A stretch of DNA of 64,000 bases from a bacterium (GTDB lineage Bacteria; Actinomycetota; Acidimicrobiia; Acidimicrobiales; CATQHL01). The notes under the pieces are model-generated. The model was not told the origin of the DNA and ran no database searches. It was given only the letters and a program-made list of their open reading frames with translations. The translations under genes and the position numbers were made by a program. The stretch covers positions 522 through 64,521 of the forward strand of contig JAPPDX010000107.1 in assembly GCA_028824415.1 (NCBI GenBank). The letters run 5' to 3'. Position 1 is the stretch's first letter, and each line of letters starts with the position of its first letter. Below are positions 36,367 through 45,450 of this stretch, in pieces.

Positions 36367-38037
36367 TTAGCCGAGACCCCAGCGGGCCAGGAACTGCGCC
36401 TCGTAGTCGGCGACGCCGATGTAGTTGCCGGCGCCGTCGCGCACGATGCCGGTGGTCTCCGGCGTGATGACCTGCATGGGCAACAGGGCGGTCTGCGCCT
36501 CGCCGAGATCGTCGCCGGCGAAGAAGGCGGCCAGGATGTCCACCTTGCGCCAGCCGATCATGTACTCCGGAGCGGCCACGAAGGCGGCTTCCTCACCTGC
36601 GGCGATGGCGCCGAAGTTGCCCGCGTTCGGCAGCGCGCCGGTGAGCTTCACCCGATCGGCGAGGCCCGCTTCCGCGATCGCCCCGGTCACGCCGATGCAG
36701 AGGTCGCCGAAGCCGCACGCCACGTAGCCGGCGTCGGGGTTGGCTTGCAGCGCCGAGACCACGAGACCCGGCACGTTGCCGCCCAGCAGGTCGGCGAAGG
36801 ACACGTCCACGATCTCCACGGTGCAGTTGGCGCAGGTCTCGGCTATTACCTCGCCGATGCCTGCGCTGAAGCCGGTCAGCACGGGCACGTCGGGCACGTT
36901 GAAGACCAACACGCTGGCATTGCCGCCGGAGTCGGCGACGATCCAGCTGGCCAGGATCTGGCCGTAGGCGGTGGTCTGGGGAATGCCCTGCACCATGCCG
37001 TAGATGCCGTTGTCGGCACCACCCACCTCGTTCACCGAGGAGGAGTCGATGACCGGCACGCCGCGCTCGTTCAGTTCGGCCAGCGAGTCCTCGTAGAAGG
37101 CGTTCACCGAGCCCGAGATCAGTACCGCGTCGGGGTTCTGCGCCACCGCCTGGGCCATGGCGCCGGCGGTTCCCTCCGGCGTCAGGTCGTGGCCGATGCG
37201 GTCGACTGTCCAGCCGAGGTGTGCGGCGGCGTCGGTGATGCCGTTGCCGACCAGCACGCAGCCGGGCGTGGGGCACTCGATCCAGATGAGCGTCTTGCCG
37301 GCCTCCGGTGTCGCCGACAGAGGCGTTCGGGGTCCGATGCTGGTGGGCGAATCGAGCAGGTCTGACACGCTGACGGTGGCTTCGGCCGCGTCGGCCCGGG
37401 ACTGCGCCGCGCCGGCTTGGGCCTGGGCGGCGTCGGCTTGGGACTGCGCGAGATCGGCTGAGGCTTGGGCGGCGTCGGCTTGGGATTGGGCTGCGTGGGC
37501 CTGGGCTTGGGCAACTTCGGCCTCTCGCTGGGCCTCCGCGGCCGCAGACCGGGCCTCGTCGGCTTCGCTCTGGGCCTCGGCCGCCAGCGCTCGCGCCGTC
37601 TCGGCTTCCGACTGCGCCTCGGCAAGGGCGGCCTCGGCGGACGCGATCGCCTCTTCGCTGCCCTCGGCGGTTGCCAGGGCAAGATCGGCGGCCGCGGCCG
37701 CGGCCGCGGCATCGGCGCCTGCGGCATCGGCGTCGGCCCCTGCGGCGGCGGCGTCGGCGCCTGCGGCATCGGCTGCCGCCTGCGCCGCAGCGGCGTCGGC
37801 GCTGGCGGACTGAGCCTGCGCCGCGGCGGCGCCGGCCTCGGCACGGCCTGCATCGGCGGCCGCTGTGGCGTCGCCGATGGCCTGCGAGTTTGCCGAAGCG
37901 GTCGCGGACGCCGCCCGCGCCTCGTCGAGGGCCTGTTGAGCGAGGTCGCTTGCGGCGGAGTCCTCGGTGCTGCAGGAGGCTGCGAGTACCGCCAGGACCG
38001 CAATGACCAGCGGCAGCAGGAATCGTCTCTTCTTCAT
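36367..38037 (-). CDS. ABC substrate-binding lipoprotein with ~210-aa Ala-rich N-terminal extension
   Basis: LAVLAASC|ST lipobox, a very long Ala/Gln/Asp/Glu-rich repeat region (e.g. AQSQADAAQASADLAQSQADAAQAQAGAAQSRADAAEA), then a PBP domain paralogous to 29408..30916. Confidence 0.75.
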   Translation of the reverse strand: MKKRRFLLPLVIAVLAVLAASCSTEDSAASDLAQQALDEARAASATASANSQAIGDATAAADAGRAEAGAAAAQAQSASADAAAAQAAADAAGADAAAAGADADAAGADAAAAAAAADLALATAEGSEEAIASAEAALAEAQSEAETARALAAEAQSEADEARSAAAEAQREAEVAQAQAHAAQSQADAAQASADLAQSQADAAQAQAGAAQSRADAAEATVSVSDLLDSPTSIGPRTPLSATPEAGKTLIWIECPTPGCVLVGNGITDAAAHLGWTVDRIGHDLTPEGTAGAMAQAVAQNPDAVLISGSVNAFYEDSLAELNERGVPVIDSSSVNEVGGADNGIYGMVQGIPQTTAYGQILASWIVADSGGNASVLVFNVPDVPVLTGFSAGIGEVIAETCANCTVEIVDVSFADLLGGNVPGLVVSALQANPDAGYVACGFGDLCIGVTGAIAEAGLADRVKLTGALPNAGNFGAIAAGEEAAFVAAPEYMIGWRKVDILAAFFAGDDLGEAQTALLPMQVITPETTGIVRDGAGNYIGVADYEAQFLARWGLG

Positions 38038-38132
38038 TTTCTGACCTTCCCGTTGGGAGAACTTGAGGGATGGTACTTGGTTCGCCGACCCACCGGTCGG
38101 TCGGAATCCCTACACTGCGCCGAGGGGTGGCA

Positions 38133-39125
38133 GTGAACGCAGAGACGACAACCCGGGCCCGTCGCCGATTCCGCTTCGCGGTGGACCGCTTCAGCGGGAT
38201 CTACATCTGGGGCCTCATCATCCTCATCTTCGCCCTGTGGGTTCCCGAGACGTTCCTGACGACGACGACGCTGCGGGTTTTGGCCTCGGATCAGGCGGTG
38301 ACAGGCATGGTCGCGGTCGGCTTGGTGGTGCCTCTGGCCTGCGGAGTCTTCGATCTCTCGATCGGGCACGTTCTGGGGTTCACCCTCGTGGCCACCACGT
38401 GGATGAACGTGAACACCGACATCAACATGGCCGTGGTGACCCTGATGATGGTCGCCATCGGCGTGGCGGTCGGGCTGGCCAACGCCGCCATGGTGGTGAA
38501 GGTGGGGGTCAACTCGTTCATCGCCACGCTGGCCATGAGCTCGATCCTGCAGGCGTTCATCCTCTTCGTATCCAACAACCGCCAGATCGCCGGTGAATTC
38601 TCCGACGAGTTCAAGAGCTTCGGCCGCAACGTGGTGCTCGGGTTGCCGCAGCCGTTCTTCTATCTGCTCGGCCTGACGCTGATCATCTGGTTCGTTCTCG
38701 AGTACACACGCAGCGGGCGCTACGCCTACGCCACGGGAGGCAATCCGGCGGCCGCTCGCCTCGCCGGCGTCAGAACGGACCGCTTCATCACCGTGTCGCT
38801 CATCGTCTCCGCCGCGGTCGCCGCCTTCGCGGGAGTCGTCCTGGCCGCGAAGCTGGGCTCGGCATCGCTCACCGCCGGCCCGCCGAAGCTCATCCCTGCC
38901 TACACGGCCGCCTTCCTGGGCTCCACGCAGATCAAGCGGGGGAGGATCAACGCCTGGGGCACGCTCATCGCCGTCTACCTGCTGGCGACCGGGGTCAAGG
39001 GTCTGCAACTCTCGGGCACCGAGGTGTGGGTCGACGACCTGTTCAACGGTGTCACGCTGGCGCTTGCCGTGGGGATCGCCGTCTACCGGCGCCGGGGAGA
39101 CGCGCCGGGGGGGTTGGCGCCGTGA
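38133..39125 (+). CDS. Sugar-type ABC permease
   Basis: Polytopic, with YATGGNPAAARLAGV motif. Start ambiguous: in-frame ATG 38070, GTG 38127 and GTG 38133. 38133 was chosen for the GAGGGG upstream. Confidence 0.85.
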   Translation: MNAETTTRARRRFRFAVDRFSGIYIWGLIILIFALWVPETFLTTTTLRVLASDQAVTGMVAVGLVVPLACGVFDLSIGHVLGFTLVATTWMNVNTDINMAVVTLMMVAIGVAVGLANAAMVVKVGVNSFIATLAMSSILQAFILFVSNNRQIAGEFSDEFKSFGRNVVLGLPQPFFYLLGLTLIIWFVLEYTRSGRYAYATGGNPAAARLAGVRTDRFITVSLIVSAAVAAFAGVVLAAKLGSASLTAGPPKLIPAYTAAFLGSTQIKRGRINAWGTLIAVYLLATGVKGLQLSGTEVWVDDLFNGVTLALAVGIAVYRRRGDAPGGLAP

Positions 39126-40687
39126 CGGACACCGGCGGAAGCGCTGCGGGCACCATGGTCGCTGCGACCGAGTGCCTTCTCGAGGTTCGGGGGATGTCCA
39201 AGGCGTTCGGCCCCACCGAAGCGCTCATCGATGTGGACTTCGACCTGCACGCCGGCGAGATCCACGCCCTCGTCGGCCAGAACGGATCCGGCAAGTCCAC
39301 CCTCGTCAAGATCCTCGCCGGCGTCCACGACTCCGACGGCGGGTCCATCGCAATGGACGGCGAGGAGTTCGACCCGCGCCGTCCCGGGGAGGCCCGCCTG
39401 CGGGGACTGCGCTTCGTCCACCAGGACCTCGGCCTTGTCGACAGCCTCGATGTCGTGGAGAACCTCGCCCTCGGACGCGGCTACGACGTCCGTTTTCCCC
39501 GACGGATCTCCTGGCGGCACGAGCGACGCCAGGCGCACGCCGCCCTCACCGATTTGGGTTACGACCTCGACGTTCGATCCCTTGTCGGCTCCCTGCGGGC
39601 ATCCGAGCGGACCGGCATCGCCATCGCCCGGGCTCTGGACGGCTGGGAGTCGGCGGCCCGCCTGCTGGTGCTCGACGAGCCGACGGCATCCCTGCCCGAG
39701 GCCGAGGTTGCGCGCCTGTTCGACGTCGTGCGGACGATCCGGGCGCGCGGTGTCGGTGTGATCTACGTGTCGCATCACCTCGATGAGGTTCTGGCAATCG
39801 CCGACCGGGTCACGATCCTGCGCGACGGTGCCCGTGTGGGCACGTTCGCCGCCGAGGATCTCGATCACGACCGCATGGTCGAGCTGATCGTCGGGCGGGG
39901 CGCCGCCGGGTCCGGCGAGCAGTCGGTGTCGCCCGCCAGGGATCCGGCGTCGCCCGGCGCGCCGTCGGAGTACGAGCCGTCGCTCATCGTGGAGGATCTG
40001 TCCGGAGTGGTCCTGCGCGGTGTGAGCCTGCGCGTCGGCGCCGGCGAGATCGTCGGCGTGGCCGGCCTGACGGGCTCGGGTCGGGAGGAACTCGGTCCCG
40101 CCCTCTTCGGCGCCGCAGGGCGCAGCGGCTCGGTGTCGGTGGCGGGGCGGGTCGTGCCTGCAGATCGCCCGGACCTCGCCATCGAGGCCGGCCTGGGATT
40201 CGTGCCCGCCGACCGGAAGTCGGTGGGCCTCGTTGCGTCGATGGTCGTGCGCGAGAACGTGACGCTCGCCGACCTGCGCCCCTACGTGCGCGGCGGTCTG
40301 TTGCGGCACCGTGCCGAGCGCTCGGATGTGGATACGTGGTTGGGGTTGCTGGACGTCCGGCCCCGCGATCAGACGCTGGGGACCATGCGGCTCAGCGGCG
40401 GCAATCAGCAGAAGGTTCTGCTGGCCCGCTGGCTGCGCATCCGACCCCGCATGCTGGTGCTGGACGAACCCACCCAAGGCGTGGACGTGGGGGCGAAGGC
40501 CGAGATCCATCGCAGGATCGTCGCCGCCGCGCACGACGGCGCCGGGGTGCTGGTCTGCTCCACCGACACGGCTGAACTCGTCAGGGTGTGCGACCGCGTG
40601 CTGGTCATGCAGCGCGGCGGGATCGGCGCGGAACTCGTGGGCCGTGATATATCAGAGGAGCGCATCGACAGACTCTGCCTGTCCTAG
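39122..40687 (+). CDS. Sugar-type ABC ATP-binding protein, duplicated ATPase
   Basis: GQNGSGKSTL ... LVLDEPTASLP, and a second half LSGGNQQKVLLARWL ... LVLDEPTQGVDVGA. GTG 39122 overlaps the permease stop (GTGA). ATG 39155 is an alternative start. Confidence 0.9.
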   Translation: MTDTGGSAAGTMVAATECLLEVRGMSKAFGPTEALIDVDFDLHAGEIHALVGQNGSGKSTLVKILAGVHDSDGGSIAMDGEEFDPRRPGEARLRGLRFVHQDLGLVDSLDVVENLALGRGYDVRFPRRISWRHERRQAHAALTDLGYDLDVRSLVGSLRASERTGIAIARALDGWESAARLLVLDEPTASLPEAEVARLFDVVRTIRARGVGVIYVSHHLDEVLAIADRVTILRDGARVGTFAAEDLDHDRMVELIVGRGAAGSGEQSVSPARDPASPGAPSEYEPSLIVEDLSGVVLRGVSLRVGAGEIVGVAGLTGSGREELGPALFGAAGRSGSVSVAGRVVPADRPDLAIEAGLGFVPADRKSVGLVASMVVRENVTLADLRPYVRGGLLRHRAERSDVDTWLGLLDVRPRDQTLGTMRLSGGNQQKVLLARWLRIRPRMLVLDEPTQGVDVGAKAEIHRRIVAAAHDGAGVLVCSTDTAELVRVCDRVLVMQRGGIGAELVGRDISEERIDRLCLS

Positions 40688-40752
40688 TGCCTTGACCTTG
40701 GTCCCGACAGCGGCATACGCGCGGGCGGGACCCGAGAAGAATGGAGTGCCTG

Positions 40753-42168
40753 ATGCAGGAGTTCTCGCGGCTGTACATCGGAGGCGAGTGGGTCAACCCG
40801 GCGAGCGATGAGCGCATCGACATCGTCAACGCCGCCACCGAGGGAGTCATGGGTCGCGTGCCGGCGGGTGGCGCCGCTGACGTCGACCGTGCGGTCGCCG
40901 CGGCCCGCGCCGCGTTCGCGGGTTGGTCGTCAGCGCCTCTCGACGAGCGGCTCGGCGCCCTCGGACGTATAGCCGAGGGGATCATGGGCCGCAACGACCA
41001 GTTGGCGCAGGCCGTCGTCGGCGAGGTGGGCACGCCGTCGATGATCGCTCCGATGCTGCAGACCGGGCTGGCCGCCGTCGTTTTCGGCGACAACACCACG
41101 CTCGCCCCCACCATCGAGATGGAGGCCACCATCGGCGGCACATTGACCGTGAAGGAGCCGATCGGTGTGGTCGCCGCCATCACGCCCTGGAACTTCCCCC
41201 TCGTCCAGATCGCTGTGAAGGTCGCGCCCGCCCTGGCGATGGGGTGCACCGTGATCGTAAAGCCGAGCGAGTTCGCGCCCCTCACGGCCTTCATGCTCGC
41301 CGAGATCATTCACGAGGCCGGCCTGCCCCCAGGCGTCTTCAACCTCGTCTCGGGCGACGGACCCGCAGCCGGCGAGGCGCTGGTGGCGCACCCCGACGTG
41401 GACATGGTCTCCTTCACGGGATCCACCGCCACCGGCCGGCGGATCTCCGCGGTTGCCGCCGCCACGGTGAAGAAGGTGACGCTGGAACTCGGCGGCAAGT
41501 CGCCGCTGATCGTGCTGGAAGGAGCGCCGCTGGCCGACGCCGTGGCAGCGGCCGTGCAGGGCTGTTACATCAACTGCGGCCAGATGTGCACGGCCTCGAC
41601 GCGGCTGCTGGTGCCCGAGGCGCGGCGTGATGAAGCCGTGGCGACCGCGGCGGCAATCGCAGAGTCGCTGGCGGTGGGCGATCCCGCGGCGCCCGACACC
41701 GTGGTGGGTCCGCTCGTCAACGCCCGCCAGCGCGATCGCGTGCGCGACTACATCCAATCGGGGATCGATGAGGGGGCGACGCTCGTGACAGGCGGGGTCG
41801 AGCCCCCCGACGGCCTCGAGCGGGGCTACTTCATCCGCCCGACGGTGTTCGCCGACGTGACGATGGACATGCGCATCGCGCGCGAGGAGATCTTCGGGCC
41901 GGTCCTGTCGATTCTCACCTACACCGACACCGACGACGCCGTGCGCATCGCCAACGACACCGACTACGGCCTCGCCGCCATGGTGTTCGGCGAGCACGAC
42001 GAGGCCATGGCGGTGGCGCGCCGCCTGCGGGCCGGCTGGTTGGTGGTCAACGGCGCCGATCAGAGTTTCACCGCCCCGTACGGCGGCTACAAGCAGTCGG
42101 GGCTCGGCAAGGAGTTGGGGGTTGCCGGGCTGGAGGAATACCTGGAGCAGAAGGCGATCCACGTCTGA
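40753..42168 (+). CDS. NAD(P)-dependent aldehyde dehydrogenase
   Basis: FPLVQIAVKVAPALAMGCTVIVKPSE, ELGGKSP, and catalytic Cys in GQMCTASTRLLV. ATG 40753 follows GGAG. ATG 40741 is an alternative start. Confidence 0.9.
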   Translation: MQEFSRLYIGGEWVNPASDERIDIVNAATEGVMGRVPAGGAADVDRAVAAARAAFAGWSSAPLDERLGALGRIAEGIMGRNDQLAQAVVGEVGTPSMIAPMLQTGLAAVVFGDNTTLAPTIEMEATIGGTLTVKEPIGVVAAITPWNFPLVQIAVKVAPALAMGCTVIVKPSEFAPLTAFMLAEIIHEAGLPPGVFNLVSGDGPAAGEALVAHPDVDMVSFTGSTATGRRISAVAAATVKKVTLELGGKSPLIVLEGAPLADAVAAAVQGCYINCGQMCTASTRLLVPEARRDEAVATAAAIAESLAVGDPAAPDTVVGPLVNARQRDRVRDYIQSGIDEGATLVTGGVEPPDGLERGYFIRPTVFADVTMDMRIAREEIFGPVLSILTYTDTDDAVRIANDTDYGLAAMVFGEHDEAMAVARRLRAGWLVVNGADQSFTAPYGGYKQSGLGKELGVAGLEEYLEQKAIHV

Positions 42169-42193
42169 GCCGAGGGCGACCGGGAGGCAACCC

Positions 42194-43606
42194 ATGGATA
42201 ACTACCGCGACCACGACGCGCTCGGGCTGGCGGAGTTGGTTCGATCGGGGCAGGCGTCGGCGGGGGAGTTGCTGGACGACGCCATCGCCGCCGTCGCCGA
42301 GCGCAACGGTGCCCTGAACGCCGTCGTGACCGAGATGTACGACGAGGCCCGCGCCGAGATCGCCGCCGGAGTGCCGGCCGGACCGTTCGCCGGCGTGCCG
42401 TTCCTGCTGAAGGACCTCCGCGCCGCCTACGCCGGTGTGCCGACGACATCCGGTAGCCGCTACTGGGTCGACAACGTGCCCGAGGACGACTCCGAGACCG
42501 TGCGACGCTTCCGCCGCGCCGGGTTCGTGATCTTCGGCAAGACCAACACGCCGGAGTTCGGCTGCTGCCCCAGCACCGAGGGTGCCCTGTTCGGCGCCAC
42601 GCAGAATCCGTGGCAGGCAGGGTTCAGCGCCGGGGGCTCCTCCGGGGGATCGGGCGCGGCGGTCGCCTCGGGAATGGTTCCGGCGGCGCACGGCTCCGAC
42701 GGGGGTGGCTCGCTGCGCATCCCCGCGTCGTGCTGCGGTGCCTTCTCGCTGAAGCCGACCCGGGGCCGGGTGCCCGCCGGCCCAACCTACGGCGAGTCCT
42801 GGAACGGTCTCAGCACCGAGGGGGTCATCACGAGGACCGTCCGGGACAGCGCAGCCGTGCTGGATGCGATCAGCGGTCCTGCCCCCGGCGATCCCTACTG
42901 GGCACCGCCGCCGCCCAGGTCGTATGCCGAGGAAGTGGTGACCCCGCCCGGTCAACTGCGCGTCGCCGTCCAGCGGGAGGCGCTCAGCGGGGCGGCTGTG
43001 CACGCGGACTGCGTCGCAGCGGTGGATCGTGCCGCGGATGCTCTTGCCGACCTCGGCCACGACGTCGTCGACGCGGTGCCGTCCTACGACGTGAAGGGAA
43101 CCGGTGACGCGTTCACGCTGTTGATCGCCGCCAACGTGCAGGCCGGCATCGACCGGTACGCGGACGAGACCGGACGGTCGCCCGGGCCGGGTGACCTCGA
43201 GCACGTGGTGGGCGTGCTGAGGAACATCGGTCACGACCGCACGGCAGCGGACTTGGTCCGCGCCATCTGGGCGATGCACGGCGCGGGCCGGGACATCGCG
43301 CCATTCTTCGAGACCTACGACGTCCTGCTCTCACCCGTGGTTGCCACGCCGCCGCCGCCGCTGGGCGTCCTGGATCCCACGACTGAGGATCTGAACGGCT
43401 ACCTGACCGCCGTCTTCGACTTCATCCCGTTCACGTCGCTCGCCAATATCGCCGGCGTGCCGGCCATGTCGGTCCCGTGGGACCGGAACGCCGACAACCT
43501 GCCGGTGGGCATCCACTTCACCGCCGGGTACGGGCGCGAGGACGTCTTGTTGCGTCTGGCCGGACAGCTCGAGCAGGTGCACCCCTGGCCTCTCCGCGCT
43601 CCGTAG
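42194..43606 (+). CDS. Amidase (amidase-signature family)
   Basis: The [12 protein letters not shown] signature with nearby [22 protein letters not shown] before ATG 42194. Confidence 0.9.
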   Translation: MDNYRDHDALGLAELVRSGQASAGELLDDAIAAVAERNGALNAVVTEMYDEARAEIAAGVPAGPFAGVPFLLKDLRAAYAGVPTTSGSRYWVDNVPEDDSETVRRFRRAGFVIFGKTNTPEFGCCPSTEGALFGATQNPWQAGFSAGGSSGGSGAAVASGMVPAAHGSDGGGSLRIPASCCGAFSLKPTRGRVPAGPTYGESWNGLSTEGVITRTVRDSAAVLDAISGPAPGDPYWAPPPPRSYAEEVVTPPGQLRVAVQREALSGAAVHADCVAAVDRAADALADLGHDVVDAVPSYDVKGTGDAFTLLIAANVQAGIDRYADETGRSPGPGDLEHVVGVLRNIGHDRTAADLVRAIWAMHGAGRDIAPFFETYDVLLSPVVATPPPPLGVLDPTTEDLNGYLTAVFDFIPFTSLANIAGVPAMSVPWDRNADNLPVGIHFTAGYGREDVLLRLAGQLEQVHPWPLRAP

Positions 43607-43636
43607 CCGGATCCCGGCCGCCTGTTCACGGTCTAG

Positions 43637-43684
43637 GGCGCCACCGGAGCATCCCCGGCCTCAGTTGTCGGTGGCAGCCCGGGC
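43637..43684. repeat. Dispersed ~48-bp repeat, copy 2
   Basis: GGCGCCACCGGAGCATCCCCGGCCTCAGTTGTCGGTGGCAGCCCGGG. It lies between GCGCCACCGG (43638-47) and its complement CCGGTGGCGC (43692-701). Confidence 0.7.
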
Positions 43685-43728
43685 GGCGCTGCCGGTGGCG
43701 CTCCGGCGGCCTCGGAATGGCCGCCTAC

Positions 43729-43775
43729 GGCGTCCACCGGCATCCCCGCCCTCAGTTGTCGGTGGCGGACCGGCC
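43729..43775. repeat. Dispersed ~48-bp repeat, copy 3 (overlaps the mftF stop)
   Basis: GGCGTCCACCGGCATCCCCGCCCTCAGTTGTCGGTGGCGGACCGG. On the minus strand it encodes the last residues ..GRSATDN* of mftF. Confidence 0.7.
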
Positions 43776-45188
43776 GATTAGACGCGGTCGCAGGGCGGCG
43801 GCCGAGCGCCCGGCCGCGGCACCGCGCCAGACGCCGGCGCAGTAGGCCGCGTCGGAGAACAGCGTCGCCGCCGTCCAGCGAAGTGGTCCAAGAGCCGGAC
43901 GGCGCGTGAGCCACGAGGCCAGCGGTTCCACGACTAGAGCCGCCAACGCCAGGCGTCGACCCCAGGGCCATGCTGTGGCGGCCAGCAACAGCGGGAGCCA
44001 CGTGCGGCGCAGGGCAACGGCAGCGCGCTGTCCGGATGCCAACTGTGTCGCCAGTACGAGGCGGGCGGTGCCGGCCGGCGTTGCGCCGCCGCGCTCCGCG
44101 AGGGTTCCGTGGAGCCTCCGGAGCGCGGCCGAGACGACCATTGCCGCCGGCGGGACGCCCTTGCGGCCCCGAACCACCAACGCCGCCCATGCTGCAAGGC
44201 TCCAGGAGGGGATCTCCAGAGGCGTCACCGCCGCGGGATGGCGCGCGGCCAAGGGGGCGGTGGAAGTGCCGTAGGAGTAGCGCTGGCGACCCAACCCGAC
44301 CCAGGTGGAGCGGTTGCGGTGGTGCACCACGATCGATGGCTCGTAGCGGACCGTCCATCCCGCCGCGCCGGTCCGCCACACGAGGTCCACGTCCTCGCCC
44401 ACACGCAGATCCTCATCGAAGCCGCCGAGCGCCTCCAGAACGTCGCGGCGGACCAGCAGAGCCGCCGAGGGGACGTACCGCACACGCCGGCGCGGGCCGG
44501 CGATGCTCGGCAGGGGGCCCATGTCCAGCGGCGAGCAGTGGCGCTCGAAGCGGTCCAGCGTGCTGCCGGCGACCGCCGGGGCGCGCACCCGGGGCGCCAC
44601 CGCCGCCACCGTCGGATCGGCGAAGTGCGCCAGCAGGGGCTCCAGCCAGCCGGGCCCTACCTCCACGTCGGCGTCCAGAAAGGCCACGATCGGTGTGCCC
44701 GCCGCCCGCCATCCCTCGTTGCGCGCCGCAGCCGGTCCTCGGGCTTGGGTGTGCCTGATGAGTTGAGCACCTGCTCGCTGCGCCAGATCGGCGATCGCGT
44801 CGGGACGGCGCGATCCGTCCTCGGCGATTACCAACCTGCCGGGTGCGGGCGGCGACGCCACCAGCGACTCCAGCAGTGCGGCGAGACCATCGGGATCGTC
44901 GCGCACCGGCACGACGCATGTCACCTCGGCAGGTTCGGGGCCGCCCGGTGGCGGCACCGGGTGTGCCATCCCCGCCTCGCACAACCTCCGGCCCAGCTGT
45001 CGCGCCGGCCGGTTGGTGGCGGGTTCCCCGGCGCGCAGGCTGGCGAGTAGGTTTGCCGCCGGAACCGACAGCCGCAGGCGGCGCATCGGCGATCCGCCGG
45101 TCAGCGTCCGCCCGTCGGCGCTGCAGCGGGTCCTGGCGTCGAGACGGATGCCGAACCCCGCCGGCAGCAACTCGGCTGCGGCGCTCAC
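43752..45188 (-). CDS. mftF: Mycofactocin-system glycosyltransferase (GT2)
   Basis: N-terminus LPAGFGIRLDARTRCSADGRTLTGGSPMRRLRLS, GT2 core VTCVVPVRDD, GPAAARNEGW, AFLDADVEVGPGWLEPLLAHFADPTVAAVAPRV, GEDVDLVWR, and a C-terminal membrane region. All parallel mycobacterial MftF as I recall it. GTG 45188 start; the ORF-track start at 45548 would cover mftA. Confidence 0.85.
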   Translation of the reverse strand: MSAAAELLPAGFGIRLDARTRCSADGRTLTGGSPMRRLRLSVPAANLLASLRAGEPATNRPARQLGRRLCEAGMAHPVPPPGGPEPAEVTCVVPVRDDPDGLAALLESLVASPPAPGRLVIAEDGSRRPDAIADLAQRAGAQLIRHTQARGPAAARNEGWRAAGTPIVAFLDADVEVGPGWLEPLLAHFADPTVAAVAPRVRAPAVAGSTLDRFERHCSPLDMGPLPSIAGPRRRVRYVPSAALLVRRDVLEALGGFDEDLRVGEDVDLVWRTGAAGWTVRYEPSIVVHHRNRSTWVGLGRQRYSYGTSTAPLAARHPAAVTPLEIPSWSLAAWAALVVRGRKGVPPAAMVVSAALRRLHGTLAERGGATPAGTARLVLATQLASGQRAAVALRRTWLPLLLAATAWPWGRRLALAALVVEPLASWLTRRPALGPLRWTAATLFSDAAYCAGVWRGAAAGRSAAALRPRLIGRSATDN

Positions 45189-45236
45189 AGCGCTGTCGCC
45201 GGGCTGCGGAGCCGGAGGGCACACGAGGGAGGAACC

Positions 45237-45395
45237 ATGAGTCGAACGACGGAACTCGATCCGAAGGCCGCCCCGGCTGCCGGCAGTCTCGATCCCTCGG
45301 GGGAGGCGGCGGCCGATCCGGGCGACGAGTCCGGCGTCGAGGAGGAGCTGCTGATCGAGGAGATCTCGATCGACGGCATGTGCGGAGTGTATTGA
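45237..45395 (+). CDS. mftA: Mycofactocin precursor peptide
   Basis: 52-aa ORF not in the ORF track: MSRTTELDPKAAPAAGSLDPSGEAAADPGDESGVEEELLIEEISIDGMCGVY*. It has the hallmark C-terminal IDGMCGVY. RBS GAGGGAGG 5 nt upstream. Confidence 0.85.
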   Translation: MSRTTELDPKAAPAAGSLDPSGEAAADPGDESGVEEELLIEEISIDGMCGVY

Positions 45396-45450
45396 TCCCG
45401 CTCGCACGGGTCCGGTCGAACGCCCCGTCGGGCCGGGTTCCGGGGGAGTT

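Noticed and set aside
43477-44379. ORFs 43477-43845 (+) and 43633-44379 (-) crossing the amidase/mftF spacer
   Set aside because: They run through the repeat copies and overlap amidase and mftF in other frames. Their composition is Arg/Pro/Gly-rich with no start context.
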